Positions 9,400 through 17,470 of a stretch of DNA of 46,932 bases are shown in pieces. Both the position numbers and the translations under genes were made by a program. The notes below the pieces were generated by a model. That model searched no databases. It worked only from the letters and a program-made list of their open reading frames with translations, and was not told where the DNA came from. The first letter of the stretch is position 1, and each line of letters begins with the position of its first letter. Source of the stretch: an uncultured Candidatus Peribacteria bacterium (lineage in GTDB: Bacteria > Patescibacteriota > Gracilibacteria > BD1-5 > JAGOOR01); contig CAZRUI010000001.1 in assembly GCA_964603225.1 (NCBI GenBank), positions 1-46,932 on the forward strand. The letters run 5' to 3'.

Positions 9400-10569
9400 T
9401 CAGAGCAGGCTGCAGAGCAGATCCACTTCCTCCGCGCGCAGATCCGGACGGTTGGGGAAGTACAACCCGTGCTCGTGGACGGAGGAGGCGTTGGGACACC
9501 GGTCCGCCGGAGCGTGCTTCCGGTAGAACGGGTGCCGCGTGATATCCCCGGCAATCACCGGCCGCACTTCCACGCCGGCATCCCGGAAGCGCGCAATCGC
9601 AGCTGCCAGCGTGTCCGCCTGCCGGCAGACCACCGGCATGGCAAAGCTGGATACCCGCTCCAGGTGTGACGGATCAAGCGGCTCGTACAAATCGGACTTG
9701 GCGCGCAGGCAGGCCAGGAAGCGCTGGAAGTTGGCCTCCCGGGCGGAGATCGCCTTCATCAGAAGCGGCAGCTGGATGTGTCCCAAAAACCCCTGCATCT
9801 CCGTGGGCCGGGCGTTGTAAGCCAGATGGTAGAACGTGTACTGCGCGTGGAAATCCGAGACACCGTGCTCCTTCCTGAGCGCCGCCTGGACCGGTCTGGG
9901 CAGTTGGCGGTCCCACCCGTGCGCCCGCACCATGATGAGCATCTGCGCCAGCTCCTCCTCATCCGTGCACACCATGCCGCCCTCCACCGTGGAGAGGTGA
10001 TGCCCCACAAAGAAGGAGAATGTGGACGCCAGCCCCATATTCCCCAGGAGCTTCCCCTGGTGCGTAGAACCAAGCGCCTCGCAGTTGTCCTCCAGGAGCA
10101 AGACGCCCTCGTCCCGGCACAGCGCCGCAATGGCTGAGAGATCATCGCACAGGCCAAGGACGTTGGTGAGGAATACGGCGGCAAGCCCTTTGATCCGGTC
10201 CTTGAGGATGTCCGGCGACGTGTTCAGCGTGGCAACCTCGCAGTCCAGCGGCACCGGCACCATGCCCAGCTGAATGATGGGCATGACGTTGGTGGCCCAC
10301 GTGAGCGCGGAGAAGCCCACGCGGTCACCGGGCTTGAGCCTGCCCAGGTTCAGGAGCGCCTGCAGGAGGAGGAGGTTGGCCGCGCTGCCGCTGCTCACGA
10401 ACACCGCATACCGCCGCTCCTGCCACGCGCAGAAATCCGTCTCAAACTGCCGGCACGCGTCGCCCATGCTCAGCCGGGACGCCCCGCGGATGAAGGCGAT
10501 CAGTTGCTCTTTGGTCTCCGCCTCCTGAAAGAAGGTAGAGTGCATGAGAGGGATGTTGGCAAGCGCCAT
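9400..10569 (-). CDS. PLP-dependent sugar 3-dehydratase, ColD/E1-like (DegT/DnrJ/EryC1 fold with His replacing the Schiff-base Lys)
   Basis: ORF track 9400..10650. Start moved to ATG 10569 (MALANIPLMHSTF), with TACCAT 6 nt upstream. Motifs VFVSSGSAANLL and LLLEDNCEALGS. FSFFVGHHLSTVEGG carries His where aminotransferases carry Lys. RAHGWDR and EVRPVIAGD match my recollection of E. coli ColD. Confidence 0.8.
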   Translation of the reverse strand: MALANIPLMHSTFFQEAETKEQLIAFIRGASRLSMGDACRQFETDFCAWQERRYAVFVSSGSAANLLLLQALLNLGRLKPGDRVGFSALTWATNVMPIIQLGMVPVPLDCEVATLNTSPDILKDRIKGLAAVFLTNVLGLCDDLSAIAALCRDEGVLLLEDNCEALGSTHQGKLLGNMGLASTFSFFVGHHLSTVEGGMVCTDEEELAQMLIMVRAHGWDRQLPRPVQAALRKEHGVSDFHAQYTFYHLAYNARPTEMQGFLGHIQLPLLMKAISAREANFQRFLACLRAKSDLYEPLDPSHLERVSSFAMPVVCRQADTLAAAIARFRDAGVEVRPVIAGDITRHPFYRKHAPADRCPNASSVHEHGLYFPNRPDLRAEEVDLLCSLL

Positions 10570-10575
10570 GCGGGC

Positions 10576-10581
10576 ATGGTA
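10576..10581 (-). promoter_or_regulatory. -10 box TACCAT, 6 nt upstream of ATG 10569
   Basis: Reverse complement of atggta. Confidence 0.45.
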
Positions 10582-10646
10582 GGGACAGACGAATGAAATG
10601 CAAAGATCACACCAGAGAACGTCTGCACACAGGCCGGAGGCACCTA

Positions 10647-11840
10647 TCACCGCAGCACGCTCTCAATGGCCTCACGCACGATGCGCTCCACGGCCTCTTG
10701 CGAGAAGAGCTCCTGCGCCCGCGCGTACGCCGCCTCTGCCAGTTTCTGGCGGCGCGGCGCCGACCGGAGCGCCATCAGGTGCTCCACGTAGTCCTCCGCC
10801 GTCTGCCCAAGCAGCACGTGCTCGCCATCATGGAACGGGTAGCCGGCGGTCTTGTGCGTGATGAGTGGTAACCCCCGGCAGAGCGGCTCGAACACCTTCT
10901 GCTGCATGCCGTGACCGGAGATCCACGGCGAGACGGCGATGTCCATCCCCGCGAGGAACGCCCCCAGGTCCGGCACGAATCCTACCAGTCGCACGTCGTC
11001 CCCCATGTACCGGTTCCAATCGGCCGGGAACTTCTTGCCGGTCAGATGGAAGCAGAACGCGCCCGGCGCGCGCGTGCGCAGGAGCGGGATCACCTCGCGC
11101 AGCAGGAAGAGCGCCGCGTCGCGGTTGTGCCCCATGCTGTAGTTGGAACTAAGGAACACCACGTCCAGCACGTCTTTCTCCGTGTGCTGCGGCCTGCGAA
11201 AGCACTGGGAGAGTCCCCGGAGCGGCAGGACGCCCGCGCGCGCGGCGCCCAGGCTCTTGTACCACTCCTCTTCCTCCGGCGTGATGGCCAGGATGCGGTC
11301 ACTCTCCCTCGCCGCGATGCGTTCGCTGGCGTACTTGGGGATGGCCTTCAGCCGGTACAGGAGCGTGCCGCCGTTCTCCGCCACGCAGTTGCGCGGCTCG
11401 TTGATGGAGGACTTCACGATCATGGGGATGCCGTACGGCCTGAGAAGCCGCAGGAGCGGCCACAGCAGCGAGTACTCGATCCAGATCACATCCGGCTTGA
11501 ACCGCTCCACCGTGTCGCACACCATCTTCTGGTACGCCGGATCCGTATACTCGAGCGCCGCGCCGTCCGCGTACGCGATGGACGTGAGGAACCTGGGCAG
11601 GTTGTGCAGCACCAGTTTCCACCGTTGCCGTACGTACGGACACAGCTGAAGTGGTATTCCCGCCTGCTCGAACGCGTGATGGATCTCCTCCTGCGGCTGG
11701 AACGCGTGGATCTTGGCGATGACCTCCACCTGGTATCCCAGGTGGCGCATCTGCCGCAAGCCGTGAAACCGGTCCTGCTGGCAGGCGCCGGTGGGAGGAT
11801 ACGGAACCCAGGGGGTGAGGACGAGCACGCGACGCGGCAT
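10647..11840 (-). CDS. Glycosyltransferase family 1 (GT4-type)
   Basis: ORF track 10647..12095. Start moved to ATG 11840 (MPRRVLVLTPWVPYPP), with TATCCT 8 nt upstream. C-terminal GT-B motif SGHGMQQKVFEPLCRGLPLI. Confidence 0.8.
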   Translation of the reverse strand: MPRRVLVLTPWVPYPPTGACQQDRFHGLRQMRHLGYQVEVIAKIHAFQPQEEIHHAFEQAGIPLQLCPYVRQRWKLVLHNLPRFLTSIAYADGAALEYTDPAYQKMVCDTVERFKPDVIWIEYSLLWPLLRLLRPYGIPMIVKSSINEPRNCVAENGGTLLYRLKAIPKYASERIAARESDRILAITPEEEEWYKSLGAARAGVLPLRGLSQCFRRPQHTEKDVLDVVFLSSNYSMGHNRDAALFLLREVIPLLRTRAPGAFCFHLTGKKFPADWNRYMGDDVRLVGFVPDLGAFLAGMDIAVSPWISGHGMQQKVFEPLCRGLPLITHKTAGYPFHDGEHVLLGQTAEDYVEHLMALRSAPRRQKLAEAAYARAQELFSQEAVERIVREAIESVLR

Positions 11841-11848
11841 ACGGACGG

Positions 11849-11879
11849 AGGATACCCCACTGGCGCAGCGTGATACACT
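11849..11879. promoter_or_regulatory. Divergent promoter pair: TATCCT (minus, 8 nt to ATG 11840) and TGaTACACT (plus, 6 nt to ATG 11886)
   Basis: aggata at 11849-11854 and tacact at 11874-11879, inside a 45-nt divergent spacer. Confidence 0.55.
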
Positions 11880-11885
11880 CCCCGC

Positions 11886-12668
11886 ATGCGCACCTCCAAG
11901 TGGCAGCTGCTTCGGCTGGTCCTGGCGCATGTGCGGAACTGGCCGATATACTTCCTCAACCGCTACGGCGTCCTGAGGCACGGCACCGTGCGCTACCGCC
12001 TGCACTGCGGCGTCACCGTGCTCAGCCGACCGTTCCGCACGGACGGCTCCGCCCTGAACGACGTGTGGCTGGAGGAATCCTACGATCCCAACCATTTCGG
12101 CATCCCGTTCGACTGGAACGGCTGCCGCACCGTCGTGGACGTGGGCGCGAACATCGGCACGTTCACCCTATACGCCGCGCACCGGTCGCCACAGGCGCGC
12201 ATCGTGTCCGTGGAACCGGAGCCCAGCAACGTTAGCATGCTGAAGCGGAACGTGGAGGCGAACCGCCTGCAGGGACGCGTGAGTGTCGTTGAAGCCGGCA
12301 TCGCCGAGCGCGAAGGAGCCATGACATTCCACGTGGCCCACAAGAACAGTGGCGGGCACTCGCTCTACGCGTACACGGCCAACAGTCACCCGATCACTGT
12401 GCGCACCGTCACGCTGCGCCGTGTGCTGGAAGAGCAGGGAACGGACCGGTGCGACTATCTGAAGCTGGACTGCGAGGGCGGCGAGTATGAGGGACTCTAC
12501 AGCCTCACCCCTGAGCAGTTGCGGAACATCACCTTCATGGCCATCGAGTACCATTACTTCTCTGAAGACCCGCGCCACACCCCCGACGCGCTGCGGCGGT
12601 TCCTTGTGCAGCATGGTCTGACCGTACGCGAGGGCAAGAAGTCCATGCTGTTCGCCTTCCATCCTTGA
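11886..12668 (+). CDS. FkbM-family SAM-dependent methyltransferase
   Basis: 260 aa. Motifs VVDVGANIGTFTLYAA and LKLDCEGGEYE. TGaTACACT sits 6 nt upstream of the ATG. Confidence 0.85.
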   Translation: MRTSKWQLLRLVLAHVRNWPIYFLNRYGVLRHGTVRYRLHCGVTVLSRPFRTDGSALNDVWLEESYDPNHFGIPFDWNGCRTVVDVGANIGTFTLYAAHRSPQARIVSVEPEPSNVSMLKRNVEANRLQGRVSVVEAGIAEREGAMTFHVAHKNSGGHSLYAYTANSHPITVRTVTLRRVLEEQGTDRCDYLKLDCEGGEYEGLYSLTPEQLRNITFMAIEYHYFSEDPRHTPDALRRFLVQHGLTVREGKKSMLFAFHP

Positions 12669-12704
12669 GTCGGTTCCAGCGGCGTCGCACTGGCAGCGCC
12701 GAAA

Positions 12705-12725
12705 GCCCCGTACCGAGAACGGGGC
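12705..12725 (-). terminator. GC-rich stem-loop between convergent genes (weak terminator candidate)
   Basis: gccccgt-accgaga-acggggc: 7-bp stem, 7-nt loop. On the minus strand it is followed by TTTC only. Confidence 0.3.
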
Positions 12726-12770
12726 AGGCCCCTGCGGAGGTCAGGACGGCCGGGCGACGGTGCTCAGGCC

Positions 12771-14408
12771 CTAGCGCACGTCCGGCTCCCGCACACGCCA
12801 CAGGCTCCATCCGTCCCCCCGTTCTTCCGGCATGAGGAGCAATGAATCCGGTGACCAGTCCGGTTCCCGCCGCTCGTTCCATACCACGTGGGTCACGCCG
12901 TATGCGGCCATGTACGATGCCAGCCGCCGCTTCACTATGCGGCAGATGCGCAGCGCGTCGGCCAGGTGCGCGTCATAGAGCTCCTGCGTCTGGTGCCCGC
13001 GCGCCACGCGCAGGGCCTCTTCCGCCAGCACCACCAGCCTCTGGGGCTCCGGCGGCCGGGGCGAGAGGGCGCGGCTCAGGCAGTAGCGCTCGTAGTACTC
13101 CCGGTCCGGGATAAGCAGGATGTTACTGTACTCCGTGAACACCACGTCCTGGTCCGTGTACGACGCCAGGATGTCCGCCGTCTTCTGGTCCGTGAGAATG
13201 GTGCGCCTCTGCCCGCGGTTGAGCAGGTCTGTCAAGGACGCCAGGTGCTGGTACGCCATGCTGGCCGCGTCCGGCGGAGAGAAGGCGTACCCCAGCGTGG
13301 CGTAGTCGCGGAAAGCGAAGAAGATGAGGATCCCCGCGCAGGCAGACGCCACCCGGCCAGCCCACTGCCGCCAGCGCAGCTGCTGCGCGATGGCCAGGAG
13401 CGCGAGCGCACCGAGCATGACCGCATACTGGTAGTAGTGCGACGAGAACGACATGATGCGCCCGTGCACGAGCTGCTGGCTGAACACCAACGCCAGGCCG
13501 ATGAGGCCGCTCAGGAGCACTGCATACCACTCGCGATCTTCACGCCTACGCCACAACCACGCGGCTGCACCGGCAAGGACGAACAGGAGGACACTGCGGG
13601 GCAGGGATTCGAGATCGCGGCTGTACGCCAACCCCACGCGAGCGGAAGATTCCCTAAAGAACGGACTGTGCGCGGCCACCACCATGCGCAACAGCGACGG
13701 CGAGGCGAAGACAAGCGCTGTCGCTCCCAGGGCCGCGAACGTCTTCAGGCGACGAACGCGGACAGGAGACTGTGGCAACACCATGGCGAACAGGAGCAGC
13801 ACGCCGGCGGTGGCCCACAGGAACGTCCACGCCCAGAAGTACACCGACACGACGTACCCCAAGACCGCGCCGGTCAGGACCGCACGCGACGGAGTGGAAG
13901 ATTCCCACCATAGGACAAGCAGCCAGAATCCGAGCATCACGAGCGGCTGGCTGAATCCCGGGTGGAAGAACCGCTGCGGGAACCCCAGTGCGGCGTAGAA
14001 CAGCAATGCTCCCAGCAGAGAGAGGCCGCGGCTCACGCCAAAACGACGGGCAATGACCGCAAAGAGCGGTAGCATGAGCGGCGCGATGATGACGGTGAGC
14101 ACCTGCGTAAGATGCGGCGCGGCGATTCCGGTCCATCCAAAGAGCCACCCCAGCACCTGCTCGATGCCTGCCATCTGCATGCCCGGCGGTGCACTGGGCG
14201 TGCTCCAGATGCCGTTCGTGGCATCCGCCAGCGGGTGACGCAGCGCCTCCTGCAACCGTAGGTAGTACATCGCCTCCTCGCTGCCCCGGTAGGGGACCAA
14301 CCCCCGGTACAGGGGATGGAGGAGCGCGCGCAGCGGACGCACGCTCTGCGTGAGCACGCCCAAGAGCCAGGAGAGGAGGAGTACTGTGCGGAACGACCGG
14401 TCTGTCAT
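12771..14408 (-). CDS. Large polytopic membrane protein with soluble C-terminal domain (GT-C-like, putative)
   Basis: ORF track 12771..14504. Start set at ATG 14408 (MTDRSFRTVLLLSWLL); alternative GTG 14432. About 12 hydrophobic spans, then a roughly 190-aa soluble tail. Function not recognisable beyond architecture. Confidence 0.6.
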   Translation of the reverse strand: MTDRSFRTVLLLSWLLGVLTQSVRPLRALLHPLYRGLVPYRGSEEAMYYLRLQEALRHPLADATNGIWSTPSAPPGMQMAGIEQVLGWLFGWTGIAAPHLTQVLTVIIAPLMLPLFAVIARRFGVSRGLSLLGALLFYAALGFPQRFFHPGFSQPLVMLGFWLLVLWWESSTPSRAVLTGAVLGYVVSVYFWAWTFLWATAGVLLLFAMVLPQSPVRVRRLKTFAALGATALVFASPSLLRMVVAAHSPFFRESSARVGLAYSRDLESLPRSVLLFVLAGAAAWLWRRREDREWYAVLLSGLIGLALVFSQQLVHGRIMSFSSHYYQYAVMLGALALLAIAQQLRWRQWAGRVASACAGILIFFAFRDYATLGYAFSPPDAASMAYQHLASLTDLLNRGQRRTILTDQKTADILASYTDQDVVFTEYSNILLIPDREYYERYCLSRALSPRPPEPQRLVVLAEEALRVARGHQTQELYDAHLADALRICRIVKRRLASYMAAYGVTHVVWNERREPDWSPDSLLLMPEERGDGWSLWRVREPDVR

Positions 14409-14536
14409 GCGAGGATGCGAGGGCGGATGCACGGCACAGTATAGGGATGGACGCGCCGGGCGGAACGCGATCCCGCCGCACCCGACGCTGGGAGGGCGGC
14501 GCACCGTCCGCTATCATCGCGGCGCCTGCCACACCA

Positions 14537-15691
14537 ATGCCTACGTCCCTGCGAACCTTCTGGCCCGTCCTGGTCCTCTGCCTACTGCTCCTGGGAATCC
14601 AGGCCATGCTCCTGCAGCCGTACGGATGGAACGTCACGGCGCCGTTCCACATTGATACGCTGGTGCACAAGCGCAGGCCAGTACCCCCCGGCACAGTGGT
14701 TTTGGACGTACCCGCGTATGACGGCGCGCAGTACTACCAGATTGCACGGACCATTCCGCTCCTGTTCACCCCGGAACGCTGGCCGGAGATCCGCGCCATA
14801 ACAGAGCAGCAGTCGTACGCTTACCAGCGGTTCCTCCTCCCGCTCAGCGCGTACGTGCTGGCATTGGGCCAGGAGCCGCTCCTGCCGTACGCGTTCCTCG
14901 CCATCCACCTCGCTTCGCTCATCCTCACGGGGATTGTCACCCTGCGCTGGAAGCCGGAAAACCCGCTCTACGCCCTGGCACTGGCGTTCAGCCCAGCGGC
15001 GATGGTGGGCTTGCACTTCTCACTCGCGGAACCGCAGGCCCTCCTGCTCTACACCCTGTTCCTCACACGCTACAGCCAAGAGGAACGCATCCGTCCCCTA
15101 GACGTCCTCCTCCTCTCACTCATCGCGTGTGCGCGCGAGGTGAGTATCCTGTTCATCGCGCTCCTCATCGCCTACAGCGGCTACCGCGGCCGATGGCGGG
15201 ACATACTACTGCTACTCATCCCCGTAGCCGCCTTCGCGGCGCTGCATGGCATGATCTACCTGGTCTTCCGGCAGATGCCCTTCTTCATCAGCAGCGGAAA
15301 CAACGCTGTTTTTGGGTCAGCCGTCACCAAGATCCTCCTCGGCCTGAGGGAATACAATGTGTACACGCTCTCCTCTATAGCCCTGTTCACCCTTATTCTG
15401 CTGCCGGCCGGCCTGTGGAACGTGGCACGCGTCATTCGTGAGCGGCGCGTGGACTTCCTGGCCTGTGGGACGGTCGCTTTCATTGTCCTCATGCTCTTCC
15501 TGTCCGACAACATCTGGGGGTCCATCACCAGCGTCGGGCGCGTGATCACCCCGCTCTACCCGCTGATCGTCCTATCCTGCGCGACGCGGAACACCTTGTC
15601 TGCCCAACTCATCAGCAGCGCAGTTCTAGCCGTCGGCCTCACGACTGCCGTCGGCATGGCGCTCATCATCCACCCGTACCATCTCGCCTGA
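14537..15691 (+). CDS. Polytopic membrane protein (possible GT-C/GT87-like or polymerase-like)
   Basis: ORF track 14447..15691. ATG 14537 (MPTSLRTFWPVLVL) sits just before the first TM; ATG 14447 remains possible. Loop motif PAYDGAQYYQIA. At least 9 hydrophobic spans. Confidence 0.55.
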   Translation: MPTSLRTFWPVLVLCLLLLGIQAMLLQPYGWNVTAPFHIDTLVHKRRPVPPGTVVLDVPAYDGAQYYQIARTIPLLFTPERWPEIRAITEQQSYAYQRFLLPLSAYVLALGQEPLLPYAFLAIHLASLILTGIVTLRWKPENPLYALALAFSPAAMVGLHFSLAEPQALLLYTLFLTRYSQEERIRPLDVLLLSLIACAREVSILFIALLIAYSGYRGRWRDILLLLIPVAAFAALHGMIYLVFRQMPFFISSGNNAVFGSAVTKILLGLREYNVYTLSSIALFTLILLPAGLWNVARVIRERRVDFLACGTVAFIVLMLFLSDNIWGSITSVGRVITPLYPLIVLSCATRNTLSAQLISSAVLAVGLTTAVGMALIIHPYHLA

Positions 15692-16380
15692 TGCCGCCTG
15701 CGCTGACCGTCCTGGTACCGGTGCACAATGAGGAACGTACGCTCGCCATGATCATGGACGCACTTAGCGCGGCGTGCCCGGACGCGCAGATCGTGTACGT
15801 GGACGATGGCTCCACCGACCGTTCGCTGGAGATCCTGCGCAAGCAGGCCCGCCCGCAGGACGTAGTGCTCACCAAGACCAACGGCGGCAAGGGCTCGGCC
15901 GTCCGCGAAGGCCTCAAGCACGCGGCTGGCGCCTACACCGTGATCCAGGACGCAGATCTGGAGTACGACCCGCACGAGATCCGTAATCTTCTGGAGCACG
16001 CCGAAGGCCGCACGGATACGGCGGTCCTGGGATCGCGCTTCCTCATGCGCAACCCCAACATCTACCGGCGCTACCTCCTGGGCAACAAGGTGATGACCGC
16101 CTGCCTCAACTGGCTCTTCTGGTCCAACCTGACCGACAGCTACACCTGCTACAAGCTACTCCCCACGAGCGTGTTCCGGTCCCTCCCGCTCACCGCCAAC
16201 GGGTTCGAGCTGGAGGCGGAGATCTGCGCGCTCTGCCTGCAGCACGGCATGCGCATGGTGGAAGTGCCCATCACGTACCGGCCGCGCACCATCGAACAGG
16301 GCAAGAAGATCCGTTTCCGCGACGCCGTGAAAGGCGTAGAGACGATGATCCGCATCTGGCTCAAGCCGGACGGACGGTGA
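15691..16380 (+). CDS. GT2 glycosyltransferase, Dpm1/GtrB-like polyprenol-phosphate sugar synthase (putative)
   Basis: 229 aa. Motifs LTVLVPVHNEERTL, VYVDDGSTDRS, IQDADLEYDP, VLGSRF. TGATG overlap with the upstream membrane gene. Confidence 0.85.
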   Translation: MPPALTVLVPVHNEERTLAMIMDALSAACPDAQIVYVDDGSTDRSLEILRKQARPQDVVLTKTNGGKGSAVREGLKHAAGAYTVIQDADLEYDPHEIRNLLEHAEGRTDTAVLGSRFLMRNPNIYRRYLLGNKVMTACLNWLFWSNLTDSYTCYKLLPTSVFRSLPLTANGFELEAEICALCLQHGMRMVEVPITYRPRTIEQGKKIRFRDAVKGVETMIRIWLKPDGR

Positions 16381-16393
16381 CCCGCCCCGGGCG

Positions 16394-17464
16394 ATGCGGG
16401 AGGCGGGAAAGCGCTTTGCGCATGCGAAAACAGACGATACGATGGCCGCCGTGCATCCTCCGCCCCCGCGCCTCCGTCGCGCCCTGGTGAATGCCGCCAC
16501 GCTCTCCGTGAGCCTGATCGTCATGCTCCTGCTGCTGGAGTGGCTCCTCCGCGTGAGTGGCATCCAGAAGGTCATCGCCCTGAACCCGCCCATCTACCGC
16601 GAAAGCCTGGACCCCGCGTTGTCCTACGAGATGCTGCCGTCCATCCGTGAACACGCGTACGGCGCGACGATCACCACCAACGGTCGGGGACTGCGCTCGC
16701 CCGCCATCGCGGCGGACAGGCCGACCATCGCGATCCTGGGCGACTCCGTCGCCTTCGGCTTCGGCGTGCAGGACGATCAGACCATTCCCGCCCTGCTCCA
16801 GGAAGACCTCCCCGGGTACCAGGTGGTGAACGGCGGCGTGTGCGGCTACAACATGCAGCAGATCTCCGCGCAGTACGACCAGATCTTCGCTCCGCTATCG
16901 CCCAAAGCGAGCATCCTGTTCTTCAACTTCAACGACGTGGATGAGACCTTCAGATTGGATCCGGAAGGATACTTCGTTCCCCGATCCGCCACCGGTACGC
17001 TCACATACCGGCAGCGGATGACCGCCCTGCTGAACCGACCGGGAACCGTCCCCATCCCCTTCAAGGCCTTCCTGCAGGAGAAGAGCGCCCTGTTCAAGCT
17101 GCTCGTCCGCGTCGCGCGCAACATCCGTATCCGCGCGCCGGAGAGGGGCATCCTGGACGATCCGATCACGGACGAGCAGCTGCGGGCCTACGCGGTGTCG
17201 TTCTCCGAGCTTGCGGCGAAACTGGGCGACCAACCGCGCCTGTTCGTCATCTGGCCGGAGGCCACGCTCCACCTGCGCACCCGGGCGTTCCTGACGGACC
17301 TGGCGAAACAGAAGGGGTTCCGGGTGCTGGACTTCTACGAAATCTACGGCAACAGCTACCCCTCCCTGGGCTGGGATGGCCATCCCAACGCCGCGACCAA
17401 CCGCCGGACGGCGGCGATCATCGCGGAAGCACTCCGCGAGTGGCAGTTTCTCCCGCTCCCGTAG
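16394..17464 (+). CDS. Membrane-anchored SGNH/GDSL hydrolase (paralog 1 of 3)
   Basis: 356 aa; alternative start ATG 16442. N-terminal TM, block I ILGDSVAFGFGV, GGVCGYN, block V GWDGHPN. Clearly paralogous to 21472..22548 and 29491..30495. Confidence 0.75.
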   Translation: MREAGKRFAHAKTDDTMAAVHPPPPRLRRALVNAATLSVSLIVMLLLLEWLLRVSGIQKVIALNPPIYRESLDPALSYEMLPSIREHAYGATITTNGRGLRSPAIAADRPTIAILGDSVAFGFGVQDDQTIPALLQEDLPGYQVVNGGVCGYNMQQISAQYDQIFAPLSPKASILFFNFNDVDETFRLDPEGYFVPRSATGTLTYRQRMTALLNRPGTVPIPFKAFLQEKSALFKLLVRVARNIRIRAPERGILDDPITDEQLRAYAVSFSELAAKLGDQPRLFVIWPEATLHLRTRAFLTDLAKQKGFRVLDFYEIYGNSYPSLGWDGHPNAATNRRTAAIIAEALREWQFLPLP

Positions 17465-17470
17465 CCCTCC

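Noticed and set aside
14430-14449. Second shared bidirectional -10 (CAGTATA) between GTG 14432 and ATG 14447
   Set aside because: The hexamer-to-start spacers are only 4-5 nt, against 6-8 nt elsewhere, so leaderless initiation at these codons is doubtful. Downstream ATGs (14408, 14537) are used for the feature calls, with the alternatives noted.
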